Shown here one piece after another: positions 1 to 9,106 of a stretch of DNA of 64,000 bases. Numbering within the stretch: the stretch's first letter is position 1; every line of letters begins with the position of its first letter. The translations under genes were made by a program, and so were the position numbers. The notes beneath the pieces were generated by a model. That model searched no databases. It saw only the letters and a program-made list of their open reading frames with translations, and had not been told where the DNA came from. Source of the stretch: Candidatus Binatia bacterium (GTDB taxonomy: Bacteria > Desulfobacterota > Binatia > UBA9968 > JAJDTQ01); the NCBI GenBank assembly GCA_963666515.2, contig OY762897.2:1984001-2048000 (forward strand), in the 5' to 3' direction.

Positions 1-936
1 GCCCGGCATGCCGACATCGTGCTGCCGGCTACCACCGCGCTGGAACGCAACGACATCGGCACGGCGCCGGCAGATCCGATGGTATTCGCCATGGCGCGGG
101 CCATCCCTCCGGTCGGCGAAGCACGGAACGACTACGACATCTTCTCGGGCCTTGCCGATCGATTGGGGTTCAAGGACGGCTTCACGGAGGGCCGGCTGGA
201 GAAGGACTGGCTATCTCACCTCTACGATACGCTTCGCCGCGATTTCATCCGCGATGGCGTGGAGTTGCCGCCCTTCGACGCATTCTGGAACGCCGGTCAT
301 ATCACCCTGCCGACCGAAGGCGAGGAGAAGGTGCTGCTGGACAGGTTCCGCGAGGACCCCGATGCGCACCGTCTGCCGACGCCGTCCGGGCGCATCGAGA
401 TCTTCTCGGAAACCATTGCCGGCTTCGGGTACGACGACTGCCCGGGCCATCCGGCGTGGATCGAGCCGGCGGAGTGGCTGGGCGGAGAGAAGGCCGCCCG
501 CTTCCCGCTCCACCTCATCTCGAATCAGCCCGCCACCAGACTTCACAGCCAATACGACCCGGGAGCCGTGAGCGCAGGCAGCAAGGTGCAGGGCCGTGAA
601 CCGCTCCTGATCCATCCCGCCACCGCCGCCGCGAGGGGGATCGAGGACGGGGCCGTCGTGCGCGTGTACAACGACCGCGGCGCCTGCCTCGCCGGCGCCC
701 GCCTCACGGACAACGTATCACCCGACGTCGTCGTGCTCGCCACCGGGGCATGGTTCGACCCCGAGGCGCCCGGTGGCCTGGAACGGCACGGCAACCCCAA
801 CGTGCTGACCCTGGACAAGGGAACCTCACGGCTCGCGCAGGGTCCGATCTCGCAGACCGCGCTGGTGGAGGTTCAGGCGTTCGAAGGAGAGCTTTCGGAA
901 GTACAGGCGTTCACCCCGCCCGAACTTGAACTCTGA
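1..936 (+). CDS. Molybdopterin oxidoreductase, DMSO/TMAO/biotin-sulfoxide reductase family (C-terminal part, 5'-truncated by window)
   Basis: ADIVLPATTALERND, LPTPSGRIEIFS, RLHSQ, VRVYNDRGACLAGA and GNPNVLTLDKGTSRLAQG motifs typical of BisC/TorA C-termini; frame is open from base 1. Confidence 0.9.
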   Translation, partial: ARHADIVLPATTALERNDIGTAPADPMVFAMARAIPPVGEARNDYDIFSGLADRLGFKDGFTEGRLEKDWLSHLYDTLRRDFIRDGVELPPFDAFWNAGHITLPTEGEEKVLLDRFREDPDAHRLPTPSGRIEIFSETIAGFGYDDCPGHPAWIEPAEWLGGEKAARFPLHLISNQPATRLHSQYDPGAVSAGSKVQGREPLLIHPATAAARGIEDGAVVRVYNDRGACLAGARLTDNVSPDVVVLATGAWFDPEAPGGLERHGNPNVLTLDKGTSRLAQGPISQTALVEVQAFEGELSEVQAFTPPELEL

Positions 937-969
937 CGCAGGCCGTACAAGGATGTCCGTCGATGCAAT

Positions 970-1064
970 GGAGAAGGAAGGTGCCCGGTGGTGCCGCTGG
1001 TCTTCAAAACCAGTCTGAGGGCCGTAAGGTTCTCGGAGGGTTCGACTCCCTCCCTTCTCCGCCA
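970..1064 (+). tRNA. selC: tRNA-Sec (anticodon TCA)
   Basis: 8-bp acceptor stem GGAGAAGG/CCTTCTCC, G discriminator, encoded CCA; 6-bp D stem with 4-nt loop; anticodon arm CTGGT-CTTCAAA-ACCAG (TCA at 1004-1006); long variable arm; 5-bp T stem GAGGG-TTCGACT-CCCTC. This is the bacterial 8/5 fold. Confidence 0.97.
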
Positions 1065-1076
1065 CCGAAGAAGCAG

Positions 1077-1955
1077 ATGAAGGCGCTGTCGAGCGCGGAC
1101 CTCGGTAGGCTCATGGAGCGCTCGAACGCCAAGGGGCTCGCCCATCTGGCGCTCCATACAGGAGTGATCGCGGCGGCAGGAGCCGTGTACGCAGCCGCCT
1201 TCGGGACCGCCTGGATGTTCCTGGCCGCCTGGGCCTACGGGACCTGTCTCGTCTTTCTCTTCGCGCCGCTCCACGAAACGGTGCACGGCACCGCGTTCCG
1301 AAGCCGTTGGCTCAACCGCGCGGTCTCGGACGCCTGCGGGTGGATTCTCGTTCTGCCTCCCCGCTACTTCCGCGCGTTCCACTTCGAGCACCACCGGCAC
1401 ACGCAGGACCCGGAGCGCGACCCGGAACTGGCGGACCCGCCGCCCGGCGGGTGGCGCGAGTATTTGTGGCGGGTGACCGGCCTGCCGTACTGGGTGAGTC
1501 AGATCCGCGTGATGGCTTCACATGCGGCGGGACACGTAGCCGAGCCGTGGATCACGAGTTCCGAACGAGCCCGGATGATCTTCGAGGCGCGGCTCTTCCT
1601 CGCAAGCTACGTAGTGGTCGGGGCGGTTTCAGCCGGAACCGGGAACACCCTGGCCGTGTGGTGCTGGATCGTTCCTGTGCTGATCGGACAGCCGATGCTG
1701 AGGCTCTACCTCATGGCCGAGCACACGGGTTGTCCGAACTCCCCCGACATGCTCGAGAACTCGCGGACCGTGCACACCACCGCGCTGGTGCGTTTCCTCG
1801 CGTGGAACATGCCGTTCCATGCGGAGCATCACGCCTGCGCCGCAGTGCCGTTTCACGCCCTTCCGCGCATCCATGCCGAGCTTGCCCCGCGCATTCTCAA
1901 CCAGTCGCCGGGTTACGGACGGGTTCACCGGGAACTCGCCCGTAGCTTTCGGTAG
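1077..1955 (+). CDS. Fatty acid desaturase/hydroxylase family membrane protein (MocD-like)
   Basis: His boxes HETVH, HFEHHRH and HAEHH, plus AEH. Start moved to ATG 1077 because the upstream part of the ORF runs through the tRNA. Confidence 0.85.
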   Translation: MKALSSADLGRLMERSNAKGLAHLALHTGVIAAAGAVYAAAFGTAWMFLAAWAYGTCLVFLFAPLHETVHGTAFRSRWLNRAVSDACGWILVLPPRYFRAFHFEHHRHTQDPERDPELADPPPGGWREYLWRVTGLPYWVSQIRVMASHAAGHVAEPWITSSERARMIFEARLFLASYVVVGAVSAGTGNTLAVWCWIVPVLIGQPMLRLYLMAEHTGCPNSPDMLENSRTVHTTALVRFLAWNMPFHAEHHACAAVPFHALPRIHAELAPRILNQSPGYGRVHRELARSFR

Positions 1956-2028
1956 CCGGAAAGGACAAGACGCCCGCGGTGAACGCTCCGTCCGATCTCA
2001 TGCGCCGGACGGAACACCAGGAGGAAAC

Positions 2029-3129
2029 ATGACAACGGACCAACCTGTGCGAATTGGCGTCATCGGCGGCGGTTTCGGCGTCCAGCACCTGCAAGGTTTC
2101 GGCGTCACGGAGAACGCCGAAGTGGTGGCGTTCTGCCAGAGGACCCGGGACAAGGCGGAGGCGCTGGCCGGGAAGTTCGGCGTGCTTCACGTCTACACGG
2201 ACTACCGCGAACTCCTGGCCCACCCCGGCCTCGACGCCGTGAGCATCGTGGCGCCTCCGCACCTCCATGCGGAGATGACCGCCACGGCGCTGGAAAGGGG
2301 TCTCCACGTGCTGTGCGAAAAACCCCTGGCCATGAACGCGGCGGAGGCGGAAGCCATGCTCAAGCAGGCGGAGGCGGCCGGGCGGGTGCACATGACCGCG
2401 TTCAACCATCGTCATATCCCGGCCTTGGCCTACATGAAGGAACTGATGGACGGCGGCTACGTGGGCGGGCGGGTGCTCCACGTGGAGAGCCGCTGGTTCG
2501 GCGAGACCCGTCTCGCCCCGGACCAGACCCATTACTGGCGCCACACGCGGGAGCTTGCCGGCTTCGGTATCCTCGGCGACATCGGCGTCCATGTGGTGGA
2601 CCGCCTCCGCTGGCTGATAGGCGAGTTCGAGAGCGTATGGGGGCACGCGGATACGTTCATTCCGGAGCGAAAGGACGACCAAGGCGTTTCCCGGCCGGTT
2701 ACAGTGGACGACAACTTCACGCTGATGGCGCGTCTTGCCGGCAGCGCCTCGGCCTGCATCCGCCTGAGCGGGGTGGCCAGAAAGAGCAACTACCAGAACC
2801 TCGAGATATACGGCGATGCCGGAATGCTGCGGTTCGCTTTCGACCGCAACGTGGAGGGATGGATCCGCGGCCAGCTATGGGGCGCCCGCAGCGACACCCG
2901 CTCGCCCGAGCCGCTGGAGATTCCGGAGCGCTACACCCGTGGACTCGACGTCTCGGACCCGCAGCGCGCTCAGGGAGAGTTCATCTTCGCCGCCCTCACA
3001 CGCGTCTTCGTCGACGCGATCCGGAACGGCGCAACGACCTCACCGAGCTTCGCCGACGGCTTGGCCGCCCAGCGCGTGCTGGATGCCGCGCTCCTCTCCA
3101 GCGAAGAAGGGCGGTGGGCCACAGTGTAG
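2029..3129 (+). CDS. Gfo/Idh/MocA family oxidoreductase
   Basis: RIGVIGGG Rossmann start, HVLCEKP and GDIGVH motifs; AGGAGG RBS before ATG 2029. Confidence 0.92.
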   Translation: MTTDQPVRIGVIGGGFGVQHLQGFGVTENAEVVAFCQRTRDKAEALAGKFGVLHVYTDYRELLAHPGLDAVSIVAPPHLHAEMTATALERGLHVLCEKPLAMNAAEAEAMLKQAEAAGRVHMTAFNHRHIPALAYMKELMDGGYVGGRVLHVESRWFGETRLAPDQTHYWRHTRELAGFGILGDIGVHVVDRLRWLIGEFESVWGHADTFIPERKDDQGVSRPVTVDDNFTLMARLAGSASACIRLSGVARKSNYQNLEIYGDAGMLRFAFDRNVEGWIRGQLWGARSDTRSPEPLEIPERYTRGLDVSDPQRAQGEFIFAALTRVFVDAIRNGATTSPSFADGLAAQRVLDAALLSSEEGRWATV

Positions 3130-3237
3130 AACCACTCCAGGAACGTCCGGTCAATGGGCCTCGTCATTTGAAGGTGCCATGAATTGAGTTGGTTGGTTAA
3201 GGTCAAGCGGTGAGGTGGGCGGCAAAGGAAAACCCTG

Positions 3238-4698
3238 ATGCGCAAGTTCAAGCCCCTCCGGAAGGCAGGGCAGAAGCATTTCAATCGCTGGCTGTTCGTC
3301 CTCGCTATACTCGCTCTCATCCTTCTGTCGGGTTTGGGGGGTTGCGACCGGCGTGACGACCAGCAGGACGAACCAAAACTCGCCTATCATCAACAACTTG
3401 AAGCTTTCTCCGCTCGATTGGGTGCGTTGGAGGACGCCGTCCAGCGGCAGGAAGGCGCCCTTCAGCGGCAATCGACTGTCCTGCAACAGATACTTGATAA
3501 CGTTTCCCCGGCCAGGATGTCTCCGGAGTGGGAAAGTCGCCTCAGTCAACTCGAAGATCAAGTAAGCCACGACAGCCGGTGGCCAAAGGATACCGGCGAG
3601 GCCGGACGCTTCCTCGAACAGGTATCCGAACTCGTCGCGAGACTACCGGCTCAGGCCGAGCCGCACTACCTCCCACGGCTCTCGCCGGTCCGATGGGCCG
3701 CGATGGCATTCGTCAACCTCAATCACCCAACGGATACCGGCCAGACGTCTGACCGGCTCGATCAACTTGTTGACGAGTTGCGCGACCTGACTGACGCCAA
3801 GCCTGCGGGAGGCGCTGACGCACTGGCTCATGCATTGGGGGAGCGCGCCACCGAACTGGCTGGCGAGGCTGCCAAGCGACGAGTCACAGCGGCTGTTGCA
3901 CAGGCGGATCGATACGTGGAAGGCAGCCCAGGAACTGCGGCAGATGTTGCCAGGCTGTACGAGCTTTTGGAATTGTACGTGGCAGGCCATGAGACGGGCA
4001 GCATCGATGTCGATGTCCCGGCCCTGCGGACGAAGCTGAAGAAGCTGTACAAGGAGATGCTGCGACGCCAAGCCGTTAAGCAGGCGGCCACCCTGCACGA
4101 CCGATGGAAGACCGCACAGAAACTGGAGCGCCATCAACCCGCAGTCTACGAAGCCTCCACCAGGATGCTGCTTCAACAGGTGGTGTCGGCCCGGACTGCG
4201 CTCATCCTGGAGGGTGTCACGGCTTCGGTCCATGAGGAATTGGAGAGGGAACTGCGTCGTGCCGCAAGGACGCTTGAAATCAAAGCGGCTGAACGGGCCG
4301 AAATACGCCAAGCCAAGGCCTTGCGGTCGTATCAGCGCTGGGCGCTTTCCGAGATAAAGAACTTTGAGTATGCGCTTCAGAGGATTTCCAACAAGGTCAC
4401 CGAAGCCAAATCATGGCTGGATTCTGTCAACCCCTTGCGGTGGGACGACCCCGACTACCGGGAACACCGGGACTACACGGAAACCGGACAGTATGAAGAA
4501 GTTCAACAAGCCATCATCCATCATCTCCTGCCCATCAAACTCGCATTGCTGGATCTGCCCGTTCACGAACACTACCAGCAGGCATTTCAAACAGGCTGGC
4601 GGAAGTTGGACGGACGCGACGATCAGACAGAGGTGGCGAAAGCCTCGGCGTTAGCCGAAAAGAAATCGTTGCGTGCATTTCTGGAGGATGGATCGTGA
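3238..4698 (+). CDS. Unknown helical/coiled-coil lipoprotein (cassette gene A1)
   Basis: Basic N-region, hydrophobic stretch and lipobox-like LGG-C; paralog of 6002-7330; stop overlaps GTG start of next gene. Confidence 0.75.
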   Translation: MRKFKPLRKAGQKHFNRWLFVLAILALILLSGLGGCDRRDDQQDEPKLAYHQQLEAFSARLGALEDAVQRQEGALQRQSTVLQQILDNVSPARMSPEWESRLSQLEDQVSHDSRWPKDTGEAGRFLEQVSELVARLPAQAEPHYLPRLSPVRWAAMAFVNLNHPTDTGQTSDRLDQLVDELRDLTDAKPAGGADALAHALGERATELAGEAAKRRVTAAVAQADRYVEGSPGTAADVARLYELLELYVAGHETGSIDVDVPALRTKLKKLYKEMLRRQAVKQAATLHDRWKTAQKLERHQPAVYEASTRMLLQQVVSARTALILEGVTASVHEELERELRRAARTLEIKAAERAEIRQAKALRSYQRWALSEIKNFEYALQRISNKVTEAKSWLDSVNPLRWDDPDYREHRDYTETGQYEEVQQAIIHHLLPIKLALLDLPVHEHYQQAFQTGWRKLDGRDDQTEVAKASALAEKKSLRAFLEDGS

Positions 4699-5918
4699 GC
4701 GACCGTCAATCTGCGGAGACTACGAGCGGGACGGTGGCTTCCAACGTCGTGCCGGCTCGTGCCGTTGCCCGGTATCCCGACATGCTTCTGACGCCGCAGG
4801 AGCAGGCTGCACGGCTTCAAGGGTTGGCTGGTCCGGAAATGGCGCAAAAGCTCTTTCCGCCTACTGCAGATTCGATCACGACAAAGCTCCTTCATGGACT
4901 CAGCCACCAGCGCGAACATAGCGGCACACTAACGTATGGCCTGAATGGTCCAACAGGGCTGCCGAGCACAGCGCAAAAATTGGCCGTTCAGCGGCGTCGA
5001 TCTGGCGCGGCTGCAGCAGGAACTCTTCGACTCGATGATAAGCTATGTGATCTGACACCGGACGATGAACGAAAACACCCAACGTCGCAAGGCTGGACGG
5101 TTCTCGACCTTGCAGCAAGACTTCAATCGGGTTGGGATACGTACCAACGGGCCACGGCTGCCTGGTCAATGTTCCGTGATCCTACCTGGACGGAAATCTT
5201 AGTATCCCATGTGCAGCAGCCAACCATTACGTTTGTCCAGCAATTCTTGCCGGGAGCCCGCAACGAACCGTTCAGCGATACACTTTCACAGGCCCTGCCG
5301 GTTGCTGGCCTTGGGGGAGTGTTGCTCTTGGGTTTGGAAACGTACCAAGAGGCTCGCAGAGCCAAGTCAATGTTCCGTGACCCTACCCTGGCAGGAAGTG
5401 CTCTGCACTATATGCAGGCGGGTATGGCGCTCAGCAGGGCAGCACAGACAGGAACTGTCGGCATAAATTCACTTGCTCAATTGAATATTATGACCTTCTC
5501 CACCTGGGAAGGGCTTGCCCGGGTTGCCGAGCAAGCATTTATACCTGTCGTAGCCGTTGGGGAGCTATTGCGCGTGGGTATCGCATACGACCAACATCGT
5601 TTGGGCCGCATCAGTCTGCGTGATTTCCGCCGTAGCAGCGCCGGACTGGGAATTTTGGTCGTGTTCGTGACCAGCGGCGCCGCGGCTGGCGCATTGGCTG
5701 GTTTCTTGCCTGGCGGGATCACTGCAGCCCCCGGCGCCATGGTTGGCGCCAAAATCGGCGGCCTTGCAGCCATACCCTTTCAATTTTTCGGGGACCGGGT
5801 AGCCGATTACTGGCACGGGTGGCGCGAGCGGAAGTTTAATGAAAAACAGCGGCGCCTCATCAACGCGGCAGTTGAAACATTCTACGGTTTTGAAGGCCGT
5901 CACGGCGTTGAACACTGA
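4695..5918 (+). CDS. Unknown membrane protein with C-terminal glycine-zipper helices (cassette gene B1, lacks nuclease domain)
   Basis: Shares LTPxEQAARLxGLAxPxxAQKLFP and the C-terminal hydrophobic GAxxG region with 7327-8712; GTGA overlap with A1. Confidence 0.7.
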   Translation: MSDRQSAETTSGTVASNVVPARAVARYPDMLLTPQEQAARLQGLAGPEMAQKLFPPTADSITTKLLHGLSHQREHSGTLTYGLNGPTGLPSTAQKLAVQRRRSGAAAAGTLRLDDKLCDLTPDDERKHPTSQGWTVLDLAARLQSGWDTYQRATAAWSMFRDPTWTEILVSHVQQPTITFVQQFLPGARNEPFSDTLSQALPVAGLGGVLLLGLETYQEARRAKSMFRDPTLAGSALHYMQAGMALSRAAQTGTVGINSLAQLNIMTFSTWEGLARVAEQAFIPVVAVGELLRVGIAYDQHRLGRISLRDFRRSSAGLGILVVFVTSGAAAGALAGFLPGGITAAPGAMVGAKIGGLAAIPFQFFGDRVADYWHGWRERKFNEKQRRLINAAVETFYGFEGRHGVEH

Positions 5919-6001
5919 CGGCCGGTGGCGTTCCACGAGAGGCCCGAGCGGGCTGATGCCGTATCCGTATCAAAGGCCTTCTACAGCCGGGAGATTCTTC
6001 C

Positions 6002-7330
6002 ATGTTCAAGATTTTTTGTATCGGGCACAATCAGCAACTGGAAGCCCTCACCACCCGATTAGGTGCACTTGAGAACGCCGTTCAGCAGCAGGAAAGCGTT
6101 CTTCAGGAGCAGTCGACCGTTCTACGACAGATACTTGACAACGTTTCCCCAGCCAGGATTCCTCCAGAGTGGGAGGGCCGCCTCAAGAAACTCCAGGATC
6201 AGATGCGCAACGTCAGCCTGTGGCCAAAGGACGCTGACGAAGCCGGGCGCTTCCTCGCACAGGCATCCGAACTCGTCGCCGATCTACCGGCTCGGGCCGA
6301 GCCGCAGTACCTGCCGCAGCTCTCGCCGGTCCGATGGGCCGCGATGGCATTCGACCGTCTCAACTACCCGGTGGATACCGTCCGGACACCTGACCAACTC
6401 GATCAACTTGTTGGCGAACTGCGCGCCTTGGCTGACGCCAAGCCGGACGGCAGCGCTGAGGCATTGGTTCAGGCGTTAGGTGAGCGCGCTGCCGAACTGG
6501 CCGGCGAGGCTACCGAGCGGCGAATCACAGAAGCTGTTGGACAGGCGGAGCGATACGTGGAAGGCAACCCAGGCGTCGCGGCAGAAATTGCCAAGCTCTA
6601 CGAGTTTCTGACGCTTTACGAGGCCGGCCATAAACGGGACGGGGCCGATGTCGATATCCCGGCGCTACGACAGAGGCTATATAAGGAAATGCTGCGACGC
6701 CAAGCCGTTGAGCAGGCAGTCATCCTGCACGACCGATGGAAGATTGCACGGAAATTGGAACACCATCAACCCGCAGTTTACGAAGCATCCACCAGGATGC
6801 TGCTGCAACAGGTGGTGTCGGCACGAGTCGCGCTCATTCTGGAAGGCGTTACCAGTCCGGTCCATGACGGGTTGGAGAGGGAACTGCGTAGCGCTGTGGC
6901 CACGATCGAAATCTACGAAACCCAACGGGCCAAAAAGCGCCAAGGCCGCGCGGTGCGCGCATATCAGCTTTGGGCGCTTTCAGCGATCAAGAAGTTCGAG
7001 GATACGGTTCAGGGGATATCCGACAAGGCCGCTGAGGCCAACTCGTGGCTGGACTCCGCCAAGCCTTGGCGGTGGGATGACCCCGACTACCGGCAAAACC
7101 GGAAGTACATCGAAGACGAGCAGTATCGAGAAGTCCGGCAAGCGATGATCAACCATCTCTTGCCCGTCAACCTCGCGTTGCTGGACCTGCCCGTTCACGA
7201 ACGCTACCAGCAAGCCTTTCAAGCGGGCTGGCAGAAGTTGGACGGGCGCGGCGATCAGACAGAAGTGGCGAAAGCCGCAGCGGTGGCGGAGAAGATATCG
7301 TTACAGGAGTATCTGGAGGATGGATCGTGA
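6002..7330 (+). CDS. Paralog of A1 lacking the lipoprotein signal (cassette gene A2)
   Basis: Colinear with A1 from QQLEA to LEDGS* (42/58 identities in the first aligned block); no hydrophobic N-terminus. Confidence 0.75.
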   Translation: MFKIFCIGHNQQLEALTTRLGALENAVQQQESVLQEQSTVLRQILDNVSPARIPPEWEGRLKKLQDQMRNVSLWPKDADEAGRFLAQASELVADLPARAEPQYLPQLSPVRWAAMAFDRLNYPVDTVRTPDQLDQLVGELRALADAKPDGSAEALVQALGERAAELAGEATERRITEAVGQAERYVEGNPGVAAEIAKLYEFLTLYEAGHKRDGADVDIPALRQRLYKEMLRRQAVEQAVILHDRWKIARKLEHHQPAVYEASTRMLLQQVVSARVALILEGVTSPVHDGLERELRSAVATIEIYETQRAKKRQGRAVRAYQLWALSAIKKFEDTVQGISDKAAEANSWLDSAKPWRWDDPDYRQNRKYIEDEQYREVRQAMINHLLPVNLALLDLPVHERYQQAFQAGWQKLDGRGDQTEVAKAAAVAEKISLQEYLEDGS

Positions 7331-8712
7331 GAATCCGTCGGATGATCGGTGTGGCTGTGTTCGCAGTGGCGGCGACGGCTCTCCATGCCGTGCCGACCCG
7401 TTCTGCCGTCTCGTCTCTGGACCTTCCCCTGACGCCGCGGGAACAGGCTGCGAGGCTTTGGGGGTTGGCCACGCCGGACACGGCGCAAAAGCTCTTTCCA
7501 TCTACGACAGGCGAGCGCTACTTCTATTTTCAACGCGACTATCGACGCGAATATGGCGACGCACGACCGTATGATCGAGCACGTCTGGCTGAGAGACTGG
7601 GGGAACAGGGTCGCGCCAGATTTGCCGCGGAGCGCGGTTGGACAAAGCTGCTCGGCTCACGGAGCCGCGGCATCCGCCAGGGACCGGACTCCGTGTATTG
7701 GGACCCCCGGTCGGGTCTCGTCCGTGTGCTTGAAGCAAAGGGAGGCAATTCCCCGCTCGGGCTCTATTACGGTTCTCCGCAGAATACGAACCACTATACA
7801 ATCCGGTCGGCCCAACGCGTCCTCGGATCGCCAATCGCCACCGAACAAGCCAAGGTGGCGTCAGCCCGCGTCGTCGTAGCCGCGCAAGAGCGTCGCCTCG
7901 CCACCGGAGTCGTAAGGACTCCTCACCTGAGGGGCAAGCCAAACGATCCCAGGATAGAGGGCCGGTGGGACCGCGTCGACGTCAGGAAGGAAGCACTCGA
8001 CGTCGAACGAGAGTTGGCCCGGGAGAATCCCCGCACTCGACAAATCTTCCGCAAAGCGCGGGCGGAGCAGTCCGCCGCGATGCTGAAATACCGAGCCGCA
8101 CAGGGCTTGGCGGTCCTCGGCTTGGCAGGCGCGGCAACATTGGGTTGGGATGCACACCGGCAGTCCGAGGTAGGCTGGCAGATGTTGAACGACCCCACCC
8201 TGGACGGGAATCTTCTGCCCTATATGCAGACAGGCGTCGCAATGGTTAGGGTCGGACAGTTAACGACCTTGGGCGTGAGTTCCTCTGCGACGTTCACACG
8301 GCTCCCAACGACGGGATGGGTCCGGGCCGCCAGCGCCGCGTTTCTGCCCGTTACGTTCGTAGTAGAGGGAATGCTGCTGACTACAGCGTATCACGAGTAC
8401 CAGTTGGGCCGCATGAGTCAACGTGGTTTCTACCATCGCGCCACGGTTGGCGCCATCGTCCCGGTGTTCAGCGCCGGCGGCGCCGTCGTCGGTGGAATAG
8501 TCGGTCTTCACGCCGGCGGAGCGGGCGCGCTACCGGGCGCCGTAGCCGGCGCGAAAATCGCCGTCATCGTAGCGATACCGTTTCAATCTGCCGCCGGCTA
8601 CTTGTCGGCGTGGTACTACCAAGACTTCGAGGCCCGTCAGCGTCGGGTCGTGAACGATGCCGTTGAAAGACACTATGGTCTTGGGGTCGGCCACCAAGCG
8701 GAGCCGCACTGA
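7327..8712 (+). CDS. Signal-peptide protein with PD-(D/E)xK nuclease-like domain and C-terminal glycine-zipper membrane region (cassette gene B2)
   Basis: MRIRRMIGVAVFAVAATALHA signal; ERLGE...GPDSVY...VLEAKGG...Q motif; C-terminal GGAVVGGIVGLHAGGAGALPGAVAGA. Confidence 0.7.
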   Translation: MRIRRMIGVAVFAVAATALHAVPTRSAVSSLDLPLTPREQAARLWGLATPDTAQKLFPSTTGERYFYFQRDYRREYGDARPYDRARLAERLGEQGRARFAAERGWTKLLGSRSRGIRQGPDSVYWDPRSGLVRVLEAKGGNSPLGLYYGSPQNTNHYTIRSAQRVLGSPIATEQAKVASARVVVAAQERRLATGVVRTPHLRGKPNDPRIEGRWDRVDVRKEALDVERELARENPRTRQIFRKARAEQSAAMLKYRAAQGLAVLGLAGAATLGWDAHRQSEVGWQMLNDPTLDGNLLPYMQTGVAMVRVGQLTTLGVSSSATFTRLPTTGWVRAASAAFLPVTFVVEGMLLTTAYHEYQLGRMSQRGFYHRATVGAIVPVFSAGGAVVGGIVGLHAGGAGALPGAVAGAKIAVIVAIPFQSAAGYLSAWYYQDFEARQRRVVNDAVERHYGLGVGHQAEPH

Positions 8713-8869
8713 TGCCCGAAGCGGGGTACGTCGCAACAGATTCCGGCCGCAACCGTGCGCCTGACCGGCGCAAGCGCCGATCAGGGAATGGGAGCAAACA
8801 AAGATGCACCCGGAACCTTTGGAGGGAGAACTATTGTGGATGTGCGTCAGGTTGGTGTCCAGGACTGGA

Positions 8870-9106
8870 TCATGCCGACTCGTCGGGTTGGTTCGGTGCT
8901 GCGGCCAAGCGCTCCTTGAGAGCGCGGAACCGCGGTTCGTCAATCCCCGTTGCCGACGTGATCACATCCCAGCTCACGCCGATTCTCAGAAAGCCTTCCA
9001 CCGCCTCTACCTTGCCGCGCTGCAAGCCTTCTTCCTTGCCCTCGGCTTTGCCTTCTGCCCGGCCTTTGGCCCAGCCTTCCTCCAGAAGTTCCTGAGCGTA
9101 TGACAT
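8870..9106 (-). CDS. Probable internally translated small Rpn C-terminal protein (RpnS-like antitoxin, 78 aa)
   Basis: Minus strand AAGGAGGAGG-AATC-ATG in frame at 9106 (MSYAQELLEEG...). Confidence 0.65.
   Translation of the reverse strand: MSYAQELLEEGWAKGRAEGKAEGKEEGLQRGKVEAVEGFLRIGVSWDVITSATGIDEPRFRALKERLAAAPNQPDESA

Noticed and set aside
963-1076. N-terminal extension of the desaturase ORF (963 start)
   Set aside because: It runs through the tRNA-Sec gene; ATG 1077 is the plausible start
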